The notes under the pieces: generated by a model
What the model saw: only the letters and a program-made list of their open reading frames with translations
Told to the model about the DNA's origin: nothing
The model's database searches: none
Part shown: piece after piece, positions 17,637-29,932 of the stretch
Layout of the letters: each line of letters starts with the position of its first letter
How positions within the stretch are numbered: the first letter of the stretch is position 1
Program-made: the position numbers and the translations under genes
Origin: an uncultured Lachnospiraceae bacterium
Lineage (GTDB): Bacteria; Bacillota; Clostridia; Lachnospirales; Lachnospiraceae
Assembly: GCA_944384025.1 (NCBI GenBank)
Contig: CALWRS010000004.1
Span: forward strand, 34,581-98,580
Length of the DNA: 64,000 nucleotides
Direction of reading: 5' to 3'

Positions 17637-18484
17637 GACTTGGCACGTTCCTTTCTGAATTTCAAACGGCTCTGCGCCACGGTCTTATTCTGATATTCCA
17701 CCAGGCGGGAGTTTAGATACTCTTCGTCCACGCCCCGAATCAGCTGCCCTTTTTGCGCAAGAGAAACCTTGCCTGTTTCCTCCGAAACAATCAGCGCAAG
17801 GCAGTCCGAATTTTCGCTGATGCCAACGCCCGCGCGATGCCTTGTGCCAAGCTCTTTGGATAAGCGCATGTTATCCGAAACCGGAAGAATGCAAGTCGCC
17901 GCTACCAACCGGTCTTCCCGCACAATAACGGCGCCGTCGTGCAGCGGCGTATTGTGTTCAAAAATGTTAATTAAAAGTGCGGCGCTCACAACCGAATCGA
18001 GCGGGATTCCGGTGCGCTCGTATTCTTCAAGAGAAACATTCCCTTCCAGGATAATCAGGGCTCCCGTCTTAACTTTTGCCATGCTAAATGCGGCTTCAAT
18101 CAATTCCCTGCGCGTCTCATCCGAGAAACGCTCCGTGCCGCGGTTCTCTCCCAAAAAGCCGGTAAAGCTCTGTTGACCAAGCTGCTCTAACGCCCTGCGA
18201 AGCTCCGGCTGAAAAATAACGATAATCGCAATAATTCCTACGCTTAGCGTATTTAAGAACAGCCATAAAATTGCGTTAAACTCGCATATGGACGCAATAA
18301 CCCAAATAACAAGCAGCAAAAGCAGTCCCTTGACCAGATACCATGCGCGGGTCTTTTTAACCCACACAATCAACCGGTAAATTACAAATGCAAGTATCAG
18401 TATTTCGGCTGCATCTGCAATACCAAACTGCGGAACGGAAAGTCTGCTGAAATACGTATCAAAAAAGTCTAAGAGCCTCTCCAT
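17633..18484 (-). CDS. cdaA: Diadenylate cyclase CdaA
   Basis: 283 aa. Three N-terminal TM helices, then a DAC domain with TPLHDGAVIV and GTRHRAGVGISE motifs. Confidence 0.92.
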   Translation of the reverse strand: MERLLDFFDTYFSRLSVPQFGIADAAEILILAFVIYRLIVWVKKTRAWYLVKGLLLLLVIWVIASICEFNAILWLFLNTLSVGIIAIIVIFQPELRRALEQLGQQSFTGFLGENRGTERFSDETRRELIEAAFSMAKVKTGALIILEGNVSLEEYERTGIPLDSVVSAALLINIFEHNTPLHDGAVIVREDRLVAATCILPVSDNMRLSKELGTRHRAGVGISENSDCLALIVSEETGKVSLAQKGQLIRGVDEEYLNSRLVEYQNKTVAQSRLKFRKERAKS

Positions 18485-18501
18485 TCTTTCGTCCCTCTCC
18501 T

Positions 18502-19596
18502 TTACTTATAGTCGTCCTCATCCTCGTCGTCGTCTTCGTAGACGTTATCGTATCCGCTGTTTTGCACCGGCTTTTTTTCATGCGCCGTGGTTACTCTCCC
18601 GATTTCGTCAAGCGCCTCTTCAAGCCCTTCCTCGTCTTCCTCGTCGCTTTCTTCAAAGGAAGCGGCTGTGCGGGTAATGACTTTCTTTACCGTGCGCTTT
18701 GGCATGTCCGCCTTCAGTTTAGGAACGGCACGAACGTAATAATAATAGTCGTCGTCCTCAAATTGCACGTTTTCGGCGGCGGCGTAGCGAAGCACCCGGT
18801 ACGCAAAAAGAAACAGATAAACAAGCGCCGCGCTGATTAGAGAGGAAATAATTACGCCGACAAGACTAACGCCCATGTCGTATTTCAGCGTGCCGATAAT
18901 GTAGCCAAGAATCATAATACCTGTTCCAACGCCGATGCTGATTTCAAAAGCGTAGTCCATGTTCAGGCGACGCACAAAATATACCGCTACGATGACAACT
19001 GCGTAGAGGAACATCGTAAGGTACATCGCCGGATTTTTAATCAGCTTGTCGATAACTTCCATGTACATAACAAGCGGGTTGTCCGCACCTGCCATCTGCT
19101 GCAGCGTTACGATATTTTCCCGAATAATCGCCACAAGGTAATAAATGAAAACTCCGCAGCAAGTCGGGATAATGGTAAAGAGATTTCCAAACAGCCCCAT
19201 GGAAAGCGGCAGCAAATACGGAAAACCGACTTTACGCAAAAGCGGCATAGCTACGACTGCAATTCCGTAGCGCGGCGTGTAGCGCAGAAAAAAGCAGTAC
19301 AAAATCATGCAAATAACAAGCACGGTAAGCGCCATCAGATACGATACTTTCCACAGATGCAAAATCAAATACAGCAATACAACAAGCACAGTAAGCGCCG
19401 ACGGAATCAGCGAGCAAAGTAAGGAAAGCAGAAATATAACGCTGTTTTTTGATAACGCTTCGTAATATCCTACCGAACTTTTAATCTGGGAAAACGCAAG
19501 AAACAGCAAAAAGAACTTACACGCCGTTAAAATGCCGAAGCTGTACTTTTGGTAAAGCTCCGTCAATTTGGCGCGAATTTCAAACAAAACGATCAT
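18502..19596 (-). CDS. Polytopic membrane protein with poly-acidic C-terminal tail (unknown function)
   Basis: 364 aa, about 8 TM helices. The tail reads FEDDDYYYYVRAV...SDEEDEEGLEE...YEDDDEDEDDYK. I recognise no family. Confidence 0.6.
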   Translation of the reverse strand: MIVLFEIRAKLTELYQKYSFGILTACKFFLLFLAFSQIKSSVGYYEALSKNSVIFLLSLLCSLIPSALTVLVVLLYLILHLWKVSYLMALTVLVICMILYCFFLRYTPRYGIAVVAMPLLRKVGFPYLLPLSMGLFGNLFTIIPTCCGVFIYYLVAIIRENIVTLQQMAGADNPLVMYMEVIDKLIKNPAMYLTMFLYAVVIVAVYFVRRLNMDYAFEISIGVGTGIMILGYIIGTLKYDMGVSLVGVIISSLISAALVYLFLFAYRVLRYAAAENVQFEDDDYYYYVRAVPKLKADMPKRTVKKVITRTAASFEESDEEDEEGLEEALDEIGRVTTAHEKKPVQNSGYDNVYEDDDEDEDDYK

Positions 19597-19599
19597 TTT

Positions 19600-20025
19600 T
19601 TACTCCTCCTTGTCCTCTTCCAGCTCCCGCAGGTGCATTTCCTGCTCCTGCATCTTTTTCAGCTTCCCAAGCATTTTGTAATACTTTGCCAATCGCTCGT
19701 GCGAACGCGCATAACGAATCGTGTACCCAACGCCTACGGCGCCAATGTAGGTGACAAGCAGGAACAAATAATAGCCTAAAATCTGCTTGCCTATCAGCTT
19801 ATAATTCAGAACCAGCGCGTTGTCAAGCAGAAACTCGGAATGGTAAATAACAAGCAGCAAAATAAGCAACAGATAACCAAACGTAACTGCTAGAATCGTC
19901 TTTAAGATGTTCATCCTGACATAATCCGCACGGTAATATTTTCCTATCGCGACGTCCGTTTCTCCTTCTTGTTTTTCGTATATAGCAATTTTCGTCATTA
20001 GCCGAATTTTTGCTGGATCAAGCAT
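19600..20025 (-). CDS. Small two-TM membrane protein (unknown function)
   Basis: Start moved to the ATG at 20025 (MLDPAKIRLMTK), preceded by GGAAGGAGAGG. The track start at 20145 would consume the promoter region. There is a 3-nt gap to the next gene. Confidence 0.55.
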   Translation of the reverse strand: MLDPAKIRLMTKIAIYEKQEGETDVAIGKYYRADYVRMNILKTILAVTFGYLLLILLLVIYHSEFLLDNALVLNYKLIGKQILGYYLFLLVTYIGAVGVGYTIRYARSHERLAKYYKMLGKLKKMQEQEMHLRELEEDKEE

Positions 20026-20053
20026 ACAAACCTCTCCTTCCGCATTTGAAGAT

Positions 20054-20082
20054 AGTTTACCATACTTTCCTATGAATATCGA
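20054..20082 (-). promoter_or_regulatory. Putative promoter of the membrane-protein/cdaA operon
   Basis: Minus strand reads TCGATA, 17 nt, TAAACT, with a TG at the extended -10 position. It lies about 25 nt upstream of the ATG at 20025. Confidence 0.35.
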
Positions 20083-20110
20083 GATTTTTTTTATGAAATT
20101 CGCGTTTTTA

Positions 20111-20139
20111 TTGAAACCGCCGTTCTTTTTTGTTATGAT
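20111..20139 (+). promoter_or_regulatory. Putative sigma-A promoter of the DUF402 gene
   Basis: TTGAAA, 17 nt, TATGAT, with a TG at the extended -10 position. The SD GGAG and the ATG at 20173 follow. Confidence 0.55.
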
Positions 20140-20172
20140 TTCCAACAGAAAGAAAAAAGGAGACTGCTCCCA

Positions 20173-21183
20173 ATGAACGCAAAGCTTACAGTCTACGACG
20201 CCCTTTTTCAGCCTACGAACCGCACTTTAGAAGCTCCGTGCGAAGCTTCGCTTGGCTGGAATGAATTTTTGCTCTCCTGCTGCTTTGCTGTTTTTAACGA
20301 CGAAGGCAAGCTGCTTTTATTGTCCTCTAAGGAAGGCTGGGACTTGCCTTTTTGCTACGCTTCCACAAAGGAAGACGTTCCGGCGGCAGTTTCTGCTTAT
20401 CTGGGGCATCTTTTGCCGTCTTTTGTATCGCCGAACGCCGATTATATCCGCACGCTAACCTGTCTGTCCGCCTACCGCCTCTTTTACAAAGTACATACTG
20501 CGTTTGCACCATCTCTTCCGGAAGGAGATGTCCGCTTTGTGTCGGAAGACGAATGGGAAGCGCTTCGTGCGGACGGACTGCTTACGCCTCTTGCGCGGCT
20601 TGCATTTTCCGTCTGCAAATGGAAAGCGCTTAATTTTAAAACGATCTGCCGCTGCGGCTGGCCCAGAGTTCTGTCCCGCAGCTTTGTATGTGAGTATCTC
20701 CCTGCGGACAAAGCGTCGAACCGCCCTGCGGGCGCCGTCTCTTTGCTGCAAGTAGGCCGCGTAACCGGTCCGAGTATCAAATTTACGGGCGGAAAGCCTT
20801 ACACTATTACCGACAGCGGATATTTCTGGTTTCAATTTGCACCGAATGGCGATAACATCTGGCTGACCGCCATGTTTGACCCGGATCTTAATCTTGTTCA
20901 GTATTATTTTGATATCACATATCGAAACGAAATCTTTTCCGACGGCAGCGCCTGTTTTTTTGACCTATACTTAGACCTTGTACTGCTTCCAAACGGAGAG
21001 CGCTACATTTTGGACGAGGACGAGCTTTTAGACGCCGAGCGGGCCGGACATATTACGCCGGAGATGACTGCTTTTGCCTTTTCTCGTCTTGAAAAGTTGG
21101 AGCTCGAGCTGGACGGAAGGGACGAGCTTCTTCTGCGCTGGGTTCTTGGTGAGGTGCGCCGACTTCGTCCAAAACTTTCCTAA
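20173..21183 (+). CDS. DUF402-domain protein with an N-terminal Nudix-like (degenerate) domain
   Basis: 336 aa. The C-terminal ~140 aa (FDPDLNLVQYYFDITYRN...FFDLYLDLVLLPNGERYILDEDEL) match the DUF402 / FomD-like nucleoside diphosphatase fold. The N-terminal part (EGWDLPF...EDVPAAVSAYLGHLL) only vaguely resembles a Nudix box. Confidence 0.6.
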   Translation: MNAKLTVYDALFQPTNRTLEAPCEASLGWNEFLLSCCFAVFNDEGKLLLLSSKEGWDLPFCYASTKEDVPAAVSAYLGHLLPSFVSPNADYIRTLTCLSAYRLFYKVHTAFAPSLPEGDVRFVSEDEWEALRADGLLTPLARLAFSVCKWKALNFKTICRCGWPRVLSRSFVCEYLPADKASNRPAGAVSLLQVGRVTGPSIKFTGGKPYTITDSGYFWFQFAPNGDNIWLTAMFDPDLNLVQYYFDITYRNEIFSDGSACFFDLYLDLVLLPNGERYILDEDELLDAERAGHITPEMTAFAFSRLEKLELELDGRDELLLRWVLGEVRRLRPKLS

Positions 21184-21273
21184 AATACTCCCTGTTTTTC
21201 GTTTTTCCCCCTTTTTCTTTTTGCGCTTTTCCGTTATAATCAATGGCAGATTCTTTTTTTATGGGAGGAGATT

Positions 21274-24501
<3,228 letters not shown>

Positions 24502-24513
24502 GAGGATGAAAGT

Positions 24514-27500
24514 ATGCGAACACTTTTTACTGGCGACTGGCAATTTGCAAAGTTCCATTTGGAGGCGGATACCGAAGAAATTCTTGCTTCCTGCCGCAAA
24601 GAAGAACTAACTGCTCACCAAAAGACGGCTTGGTCGCCGGTAGACCTTCCCCACGACTGGATGATCTATAACACGCTGGATCTGTACGAAAACGCAATCG
24701 GGTGCTACCGAAAGACGTTCTCTGTTCAGGATTTGCAAAAGCATCATTTTTTGACCTTTGAGGGCGTGTACATGAATTCGCGCTACTACCTCAACGGACA
24801 GGAAATCTTTTTCTGGCCTTACGGCTACTCTACCTTTGAGATTGACCTGACGCCGCACCTCCAGCCGGGCGAAAACGAGCTGGTAGTAACTTGCCGCTAC
24901 GAATCCCCCAATACGCGCTGGTATTCGGGCGCAGGAATCTACCGCAACGTGTGGCTTAGCGAAAAAGAAGACGCTTCTCTTGTATCCGGCGGAAGTTATG
25001 CAAGTTCGAAGGAAAACGACGACGGCTCGTTTACGCTTACCGTAGACAGCGAGGCTGTGTACCGCAGCAGTATTGTTACGGATAATGTCTGCGCAATAAT
25101 CCGCCTGACGCTTCTTGACGCGGATAAAAATACAGTTGCTGCTGCGGAATCCGAAATTACACTTTCCGGCGAGCCAAGCGTTGTCACACAGACAATGCAT
25201 GTGCCAAGCGCACACCGCTGGGACATTACAGACCCGTACCTTTACACGCTGACAACCGATCTGCTTGTAAATGGTCTTTTAGCGGATACACTTACGGAAC
25301 GCATCGGTTTTCGTACGATTTTCTTTGACTGCAACAAGGGATTTTTCTTAAACGGACGGCACGTAAAGATTCACGGCGCTTGTATGCACCACGACCTTGG
25401 CTCGCTTGGCGCTGCCGTAAACAAATGCGCCCTGCGCCGTCAATTCCTCTCGCTTCAGACTATGGGCATTAACTCCATCCGGACTTCCCATAACATGCCT
25501 TCGGTGGAACTGATGGAGTTAGCGGACGAAATGGGTATGCTCATTAACTCCGAATCGTTTGATATGTGGGAAGGACACAAGACCGATTACGACTACGCCG
25601 CCTTTTTCAAGGAATATTGGCAAAAGGATGTGCAAAGCTGGATTCGGCGCGACCGTAACCACCCTTCCGTCATTATGTGGAGCATCGGAAACGAAATCTA
25701 CGACACGCATACGGAAAGCGGTCTTCGCATTACGAAACAACTGCGTGATGAAGTACGACGGCTTGATTACCGACACAACGCTTATACGACGATTGGCTCC
25801 AATTACATCGCTTGGGAAAATGCGCAAAAGTGCTCCAACGAGTTAGAGCTTTCCGGCTACAACTACAGCGAGCATCTGTACGAGGAGCATCATAAAAAAT
25901 ATCCGCACTGGTGCATTTACGGCAGCGAAACTTCTTCTACCGTACAAAGCCGCGGGATTTACCACTTCCCGGCAAGCAACCGGCTGTTAACGTTTGACGA
26001 CTTACAGTGCTCGTCTTTGGACAACTGCTCGACCAACTGGGGTGCGAAAAACGTTCGCGCCGTTATTACAAAAGACCGTGACGCAGAGTTCTGCTTTGGT
26101 CAGTATATTTGGACAGGTTGGGATTACATCGGAGAACCGACGCCCTACTTTACAAAGAACTCCTACTTTGGACAAGTGGATACGGCAGGCTTTCCAAAAG
26201 ACAGTTATTATATTTATCAAGCCGGCTGGACGGACTACAAAAAAGCGCCGATGGTACATATCGCGCCCTACTGGGATTTTAACGAGGGACAGCTAATTGA
26301 CATAAAAGTATATTCCAACGCGCCGAGAATCGAGCTTTTCTTTAACGGCAAGTCGCTTGGCGACTGCGAAATCGATCAGCTTCACGGCGATACGTTTGGC
26401 GGCTCATGGCAGCTTCCTTATAAGCCCGGAGAACTGCGCGCAGTTGCTTACGACGAAACTGGAGCAATCGTTGCGACCGACGTAGAGCGCTCGTTTGGCG
26501 ATCCGGCAAAGCTTGTTCTTTCGCCGGATAAAACCGAGCTTCTTGCCGATGGCGAGGACTTGATTTTCTTAACTATCACAACGGAAGATGCAAACGGCGT
26601 CTACGTAGCAAACGCGAGAAACCGCGTAAAAGTGCAGGTAGACGGTCCCGCGCGTCTTGTAGGGCTTGACAACGGCGACAGCACGGATTACGACCAATAC
26701 AAAGGCGACAGCCGCAAGCTCTTTTCCGGCAAGCTGCTTGCAATTCTTGCGGGAACGAAGGAAGCCGGAGACATTACGGTAACGGTAAGCTCCTGCGGCC
26801 TTACAGACGCAAGCATCTCGCTTACGGCAAAGCTTCCGATGACGCCTAGCTGCATCTGTGCGAACACGCGCAATACAAAGAGCGCATATCCGCTTTGCGA
26901 AGTGCCTATCCGGAAAATCGCTCTGACAATGCAAGGTCCGCAGAAGCTGACAAAGGAATGCCCGGAAACGATTGTGCATGCGCAAATCTTCCCTGCAAAC
27001 GCTTCGTACGACACGTTAACGTTCCGCGCTATGACGCTTGACGGCGTTGACAGCAACGCTGTTAAAATTACGATGCTTAAAGACGGCAAATCCGCAAAAC
27101 TTCAAGCGCTCGGCGACGATGTATACCAGATTTGCTGCTTTGCCAACAATGGAAAGGATCATCCGGAAGTCATGTCCATTCTGGAAATGGAAAATACCGG
27201 TTTGGGACGCGCAACCATCGACCCATATCAGCTTGTTTGCGCCTGCTACCATACCGGCAGCAACCGCAACCCGATCCTAAGCTTTCAAGGCGGCGTTTTT
27301 ACAAATCAGGAAACAACCTGGATTCGCTTTGACGGCGTAGATTTTGGCGAATACGGCTCCGACGAGATTACGATTCCAATCTTCTCGTTTGACACTTGCC
27401 TGCCTGTTGAAGTATGGGAAGGTACACCGGAAGACGGCGAGCTGCTCTTTTCTGGCAACTACGAATCGCCAAGCTGGTACAACCACTACCAGTCCAATAC

Positions 27501-27960
27501 GTTTCGCTTGAAACGGCGGCTTAAGGGGCTGTGCACTTTAAGCATTCAGCTTCATACGAGACTTTCCATTAACGGTTTTTGGTTTACCAAGCAGGAAAAA
27601 GCGTTCGGAACGCTCTACGCAACCGAAAACAATATGATTAACGGCGACTCTTTCACCATCGAAGAAGACGCTGTTACCGGAATTGGCAACAACGTAGACA
27701 TTGAGTTTCGGAATATGGACTTTGGCACAAAGGGCTTTACAAAACTTGTTCTCTGCGGTCGCTCCCACATTCCAACCAATACAATCCATGTCCGCTTTTC
27801 GGGCGAGGGAGGCGATCAAAACCAGATTGTAGAATTCCCCGAATGTAAGGACTACGAGGAACTTTCGTTCCCGCTGACTGCGGTCTACGGCAAGCAAAAA
27901 GTGAACTTTATCTTCCTCCCGGGAAGCAAGTTTGACTTTAAGTATTTCCGTTTTGAGTAA
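24514..27960 (+). CDS. Glycoside hydrolase family 2 (beta-galactosidase-like), large multidomain, no signal peptide
   Basis: 1148 aa. GH2 acid/base block NHPSVIMWSIGNE and nucleophile-region block YIWTGWDYIGEP. The long C-terminal beta-rich region is consistent with Ig-like/CBM modules. The SD is AGGAGG. Confidence 0.85.
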   Translation: MRTLFTGDWQFAKFHLEADTEEILASCRKEELTAHQKTAWSPVDLPHDWMIYNTLDLYENAIGCYRKTFSVQDLQKHHFLTFEGVYMNSRYYLNGQEIFFWPYGYSTFEIDLTPHLQPGENELVVTCRYESPNTRWYSGAGIYRNVWLSEKEDASLVSGGSYASSKENDDGSFTLTVDSEAVYRSSIVTDNVCAIIRLTLLDADKNTVAAAESEITLSGEPSVVTQTMHVPSAHRWDITDPYLYTLTTDLLVNGLLADTLTERIGFRTIFFDCNKGFFLNGRHVKIHGACMHHDLGSLGAAVNKCALRRQFLSLQTMGINSIRTSHNMPSVELMELADEMGMLINSESFDMWEGHKTDYDYAAFFKEYWQKDVQSWIRRDRNHPSVIMWSIGNEIYDTHTESGLRITKQLRDEVRRLDYRHNAYTTIGSNYIAWENAQKCSNELELSGYNYSEHLYEEHHKKYPHWCIYGSETSSTVQSRGIYHFPASNRLLTFDDLQCSSLDNCSTNWGAKNVRAVITKDRDAEFCFGQYIWTGWDYIGEPTPYFTKNSYFGQVDTAGFPKDSYYIYQAGWTDYKKAPMVHIAPYWDFNEGQLIDIKVYSNAPRIELFFNGKSLGDCEIDQLHGDTFGGSWQLPYKPGELRAVAYDETGAIVATDVERSFGDPAKLVLSPDKTELLADGEDLIFLTITTEDANGVYVANARNRVKVQVDGPARLVGLDNGDSTDYDQYKGDSRKLFSGKLLAILAGTKEAGDITVTVSSCGLTDASISLTAKLPMTPSCICANTRNTKSAYPLCEVPIRKIALTMQGPQKLTKECPETIVHAQIFPANASYDTLTFRAMTLDGVDSNAVKITMLKDGKSAKLQALGDDVYQICCFANNGKDHPEVMSILEMENTGLGRATIDPYQLVCACYHTGSNRNPILSFQGGVFTNQETTWIRFDGVDFGEYGSDEITIPIFSFDTCLPVEVWEGTPEDGELLFSGNYESPSWYNHYQSNTFRLKRRLKGLCTLSIQLHTRLSINGFWFTKQEKAFGTLYATENNMINGDSFTIEEDAVTGIGNNVDIEFRNMDFGTKGFTKLVLCGRSHIPTNTIHVRFSGEGGDQNQIVEFPECKDYEELSFPLTAVYGKQKVNFIFLPGSKFDFKYFRFE

Positions 27961-27966
27961 AAATTA

Positions 27967-28006
27967 CAGCGGTATGCAACTTCTTAGCATACCGCTGTTT
28001 TTCTTT
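27967..28006. terminator. Bidirectional rho-independent terminator
   Basis: Perfect 11-bp stem CAGCGGTATGC / GCATACCGCTG with a 9-nt loop, followed by TTTTTCTTTT on the plus strand. It sits between the convergent GH2 and C_GCAxxG genes. Confidence 0.8.
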
Positions 28007-28479
28007 TACTTATTTGCTTCGTATTCGGAAAAGTACTCCGCCACCAACCGGGCAGCGTCCTCAATCAAGTCCGGACAAGGTCGCTTTTTATAATACTCCG
28101 CCGTTCTTTCCTCCGGCTGCGCTCCGCCGCCGTATGGAACAAATCCAGGAATCCCCGCCAGCATTTCCCGGCAGATAATCGAACCGTGCCGCTCGCGAAA
28201 CCGCGCCGCTAACTCCTGCACAACTTCGTAGTTTCGTTTTTTTCCTGCCTGATCCTTTCCCTGCGTGGCACCGGTCAAAAGCCCTGCCACCAAAAACATA
28301 CCGGAACATGCTCCGCAAACTTCCCGCATCCGCCCGACTCCCGCGCCAAAAGACGCGGCAATGCGAAAGGCCAGCTCCTGTGAAAGCCCCAGCTGGTCGG
28401 CATAAGCGCCAAAAACAGCCTGTGAACAGTTATAGCCTTGCATAAACAATGCTCTGGCCTCCTTGCTCCTATCTTCCAT
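28006..28479 (-). CDS. C_GCAxxG_C_C family protein
   Basis: 157 aa. YNCSQAV...VCGACSG...C pattern diagnostic of the C-GCAxxG-C-C family. Confidence 0.8.
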   Translation of the reverse strand: MEDRSKEARALFMQGYNCSQAVFGAYADQLGLSQELAFRIAASFGAGVGRMREVCGACSGMFLVAGLLTGATQGKDQAGKKRNYEVVQELAARFRERHGSIICREMLAGIPGFVPYGGGAQPEERTAEYYKKRPCPDLIEDAARLVAEYFSEYEANK

Positions 28480-28504
28480 TGCCTGCTCTCCTTTTCTTTC
28501 ACGA

Positions 28505-28547
28505 AATACAAAAGGGGCACAGATACACGCCGTGCCCCTCTTTTTTA
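28505..28547 (-). terminator. Hairpin terminator downstream of purA
   Basis: 8-bp GC-rich stem AGGGGCAC / GTGCCCCT (28513-28520 and 28532-28539), flanked by T-runs on both strands. Confidence 0.6.
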
Positions 28548-29819
28548 GCGATAAATAATATCTTCGCGCTTTGGTCCGTTGGAGATCATCGTAATTGGCA
28601 CGCCAATCTCCTGTTCGATCGTCTCAATGTAGTCTTTGCATTCCTTCGGCAGTTCTTCGTATTTGCGAATCCCGCGAATGTCGCATTTCCAGCCCGGCAT
28701 TTTTTTCCAAACGGGTTTTGCTTTGGCAAGTTTTGTAGTAACCGGGAAATCCGTAACGACTTCTCCGTCAATTTCGTAGCCAACGCACATAGGGATTTCA
28801 TCCAGATAACCAAGCACGTCAAGCACCGTCAACGCTACCTGCGTAGCGCCTTGCATCCGACAGCCGTAACGGCTTGCTACTGCGTCAAACCAGCCCATTC
28901 TTCTCGGTCTTCCGGTCGTTGCGCCAAACTCACCGCCGTCTCCGCCGCGAACCCGAAGCTCCTGCGCTTCGTCGCCAAAAATTTCACTGACAAATTCGCC
29001 TGCGCCAACCGCGCTCGAATATGCTTTTACAACCGTTACAATATCCTTAATTTCATAAGGCGGAATTCCTGCACCGATCGCACCGTAAGCCGCGAGTGTG
29101 GAGGACGACGTTACCATCGGATAAATTCCATGGTCAGGATCTTTAAGGGAACCAAGCTGTCCTTCCAGTAAAATCTTCTTTCCTTCCTTGATTGCTTTCC
29201 ACAAGTAGGAAGAGACGTCGCACACATAAGGCGCAATCATATCCCGGTACGCTGCCAATTCCTTAAGAAGCTCTTCCGGGTCGATGAGCGGTTTATGATA
29301 CAAATGCTCCAAAAGCACATTTTTCGTTTCAACAACGCGATATACTTTTTCCTTTAAGGAAGCCGCGTCAAAAAGCTCCTGCACCTGAAAACCGATCTTT
29401 GCATACTTGTCCGAGTAAAACGGTGCAATTCCCGACTTGGTAGAACCAAACGACTTGCCTGCAAGACGTTCCTCTTCGTATGCATCAAAAAGCATGTGAT
29501 ACGGCATTAAAATCTGCGCGCGGTCGGAAACAAGAATTTTGGGAGCCGGAACTCCTTCGTCCGTAATGGACTTAATTTCATCAAGCAGATAAGGGATGTT
29601 AAGAGCAACACCATTTCCAATAATGCTTGTCGTATGATTGTAAAATACACCCGAAGGAAGAAGATGCAGCGCAAACTTTCCGTATTGGTTAATAATGGTA
29701 TGTCCTGCATTGCTTCCGCCTTGAAAACGGATGATAATGTCCGCCTTTTCTGCGAGCATATCTGTAATTTTTCCCTTGCCTTCGTCGCCCCAATTCGCGC
29801 CGACTATTGCTGTTACCAT
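28545..29819 (-). CDS. purA: Adenylosuccinate synthetase
   Basis: 424 aa. P-loop GANWGDEGKGKITD, plus GTTGRPRR. Confidence 0.95.
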   Translation of the reverse strand: MVTAIVGANWGDEGKGKITDMLAEKADIIIRFQGGSNAGHTIINQYGKFALHLLPSGVFYNHTTSIIGNGVALNIPYLLDEIKSITDEGVPAPKILVSDRAQILMPYHMLFDAYEEERLAGKSFGSTKSGIAPFYSDKYAKIGFQVQELFDAASLKEKVYRVVETKNVLLEHLYHKPLIDPEELLKELAAYRDMIAPYVCDVSSYLWKAIKEGKKILLEGQLGSLKDPDHGIYPMVTSSSTLAAYGAIGAGIPPYEIKDIVTVVKAYSSAVGAGEFVSEIFGDEAQELRVRGGDGGEFGATTGRPRRMGWFDAVASRYGCRMQGATQVALTVLDVLGYLDEIPMCVGYEIDGEVVTDFPVTTKLAKAKPVWKKMPGWKCDIRGIRKYEELPKECKDYIETIEQEIGVPITMISNGPKREDIIYR

Positions 29820-29895
29820 AACTGTACCGCCTTTCCCGCTATGTTTCTATCCGCTCGTATTGGCGCACTTTCACTCTGGAAACCGCGCCCTGTCT

Positions 29896-29924
29896 ATTGT
29901 ACTTCATACTGCGGCGGATTGCAA
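29896..29924 (-). promoter_or_regulatory. Putative sigma-A promoter of purA
   Basis: Minus strand reads TTGCAA, 17 nt, TACAAT. It lies about 75 nt upstream of the purA ATG. Confidence 0.5.
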
Positions 29925-29932
29925 TTCTTTTT

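Noticed and set aside
28449-29171. 240-aa plus-strand ORF
   Set aside because: It lies antisense to purA and the C_GCAxxG gene, both of which have clear motif support. Its composition is Arg/Cys/Phe-rich and junk-like, and it has no SD. It is a shadow ORF.
29820-29932. Purine riboswitch upstream of purA
   Set aside because: The ~70-nt leader lacks the conserved purine-riboswitch loops and junction sequence. Only a generic GGCGC...GCGCC hairpin is present.
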